24,115 nucleotides of DNA, from NCBI GenBank assembly GCA_035631735.1, contig DASQIG010000406.1:1-24115 (forward strand), in the 5' to 3' direction. The position numbers and the translations under genes are program-made. The notes below the pieces were generated by a model. It was not told the origin of the DNA. It worked only from the letters and a program-made list of their open reading frames with translations, and did no database searches. Positions 24,012 through 24,115 of the stretch are shown piece after piece; positions within the stretch are counted from its first letter, which is position 1; each line of letters begins with the position of its first letter. This stretch comes from Burkholderiales bacterium. Lineage in GTDB: Bacteria; Pseudomonadota; Gammaproteobacteria; Burkholderiales; SG8-39.

Positions 24012-24115
24012 CTAAAGCGCTGCCGCATCGGTCTCGCCGGTGCGGATGCGGATGACTTTCTCAAGATCGAACACGAAGATCTTGCCGTCGCCGATCTTGC
24101 CGGTGTTCGCCGATT
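24012..24115 (-). CDS. glnK: PII nitrogen regulatory protein, 3' end only, not in the ORF track
   Basis: Hand translation gives [33 protein letters not shown], the PII C-terminus. It lies directly upstream of amtB, as in glnK-amtB operons. Confidence 0.93.
   Translation of the reverse strand, partial: SANTGKIGDGKIFVFDLEKVIRIRTGETDAAAL

Overview
High-GC, gene-dense chromosomal window, most likely from a betaproteobacterium and probably near the replication origin. The taxonomy is inferred from gene order: dnaN followed directly by gyrB without recF, a lysM-dprA-smg-topB block, and def-fmt-rsmB-DUF4390-ntrY-ntrX. Order: dnaN(partial)-gyrB -> <- topB-smg-dprA-LysM(TsaP-like) <-> def-fmt-rsmB-DUF4390-NtrY-like kinase-NtrX-like regulator -> <- thx - metH (SAM-II riboswitch leader) <-> hotdog thioesterase -> <- pcaG-pcaH-maiA/nagL-like-nagK-like <-> MarR -> <- amtB-glnK(partial). 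No mobile element, CRISPR array, rRNA or tRNA was seen. Most of the window is housekeeping. The most interesting signals are absent from the ORF track. (1) A SAM-II riboswitch upstream of metH with a readable promoter, terminator and 12-bp antiterminator. (2) A 33-aa ribosomal protein THX/bS31 gene that appears leaderless, with its -10 box built from the metH stop codon. (3) An fmt gene with no usable ATG/GTG/TTG start (candidate CTG). (4) An aromatic cluster joining gentisate-type lower-pathway genes to an intradiol protocatechuate 3,4-dioxygenase. All calls come from motif recognition by eye; no database search was run.
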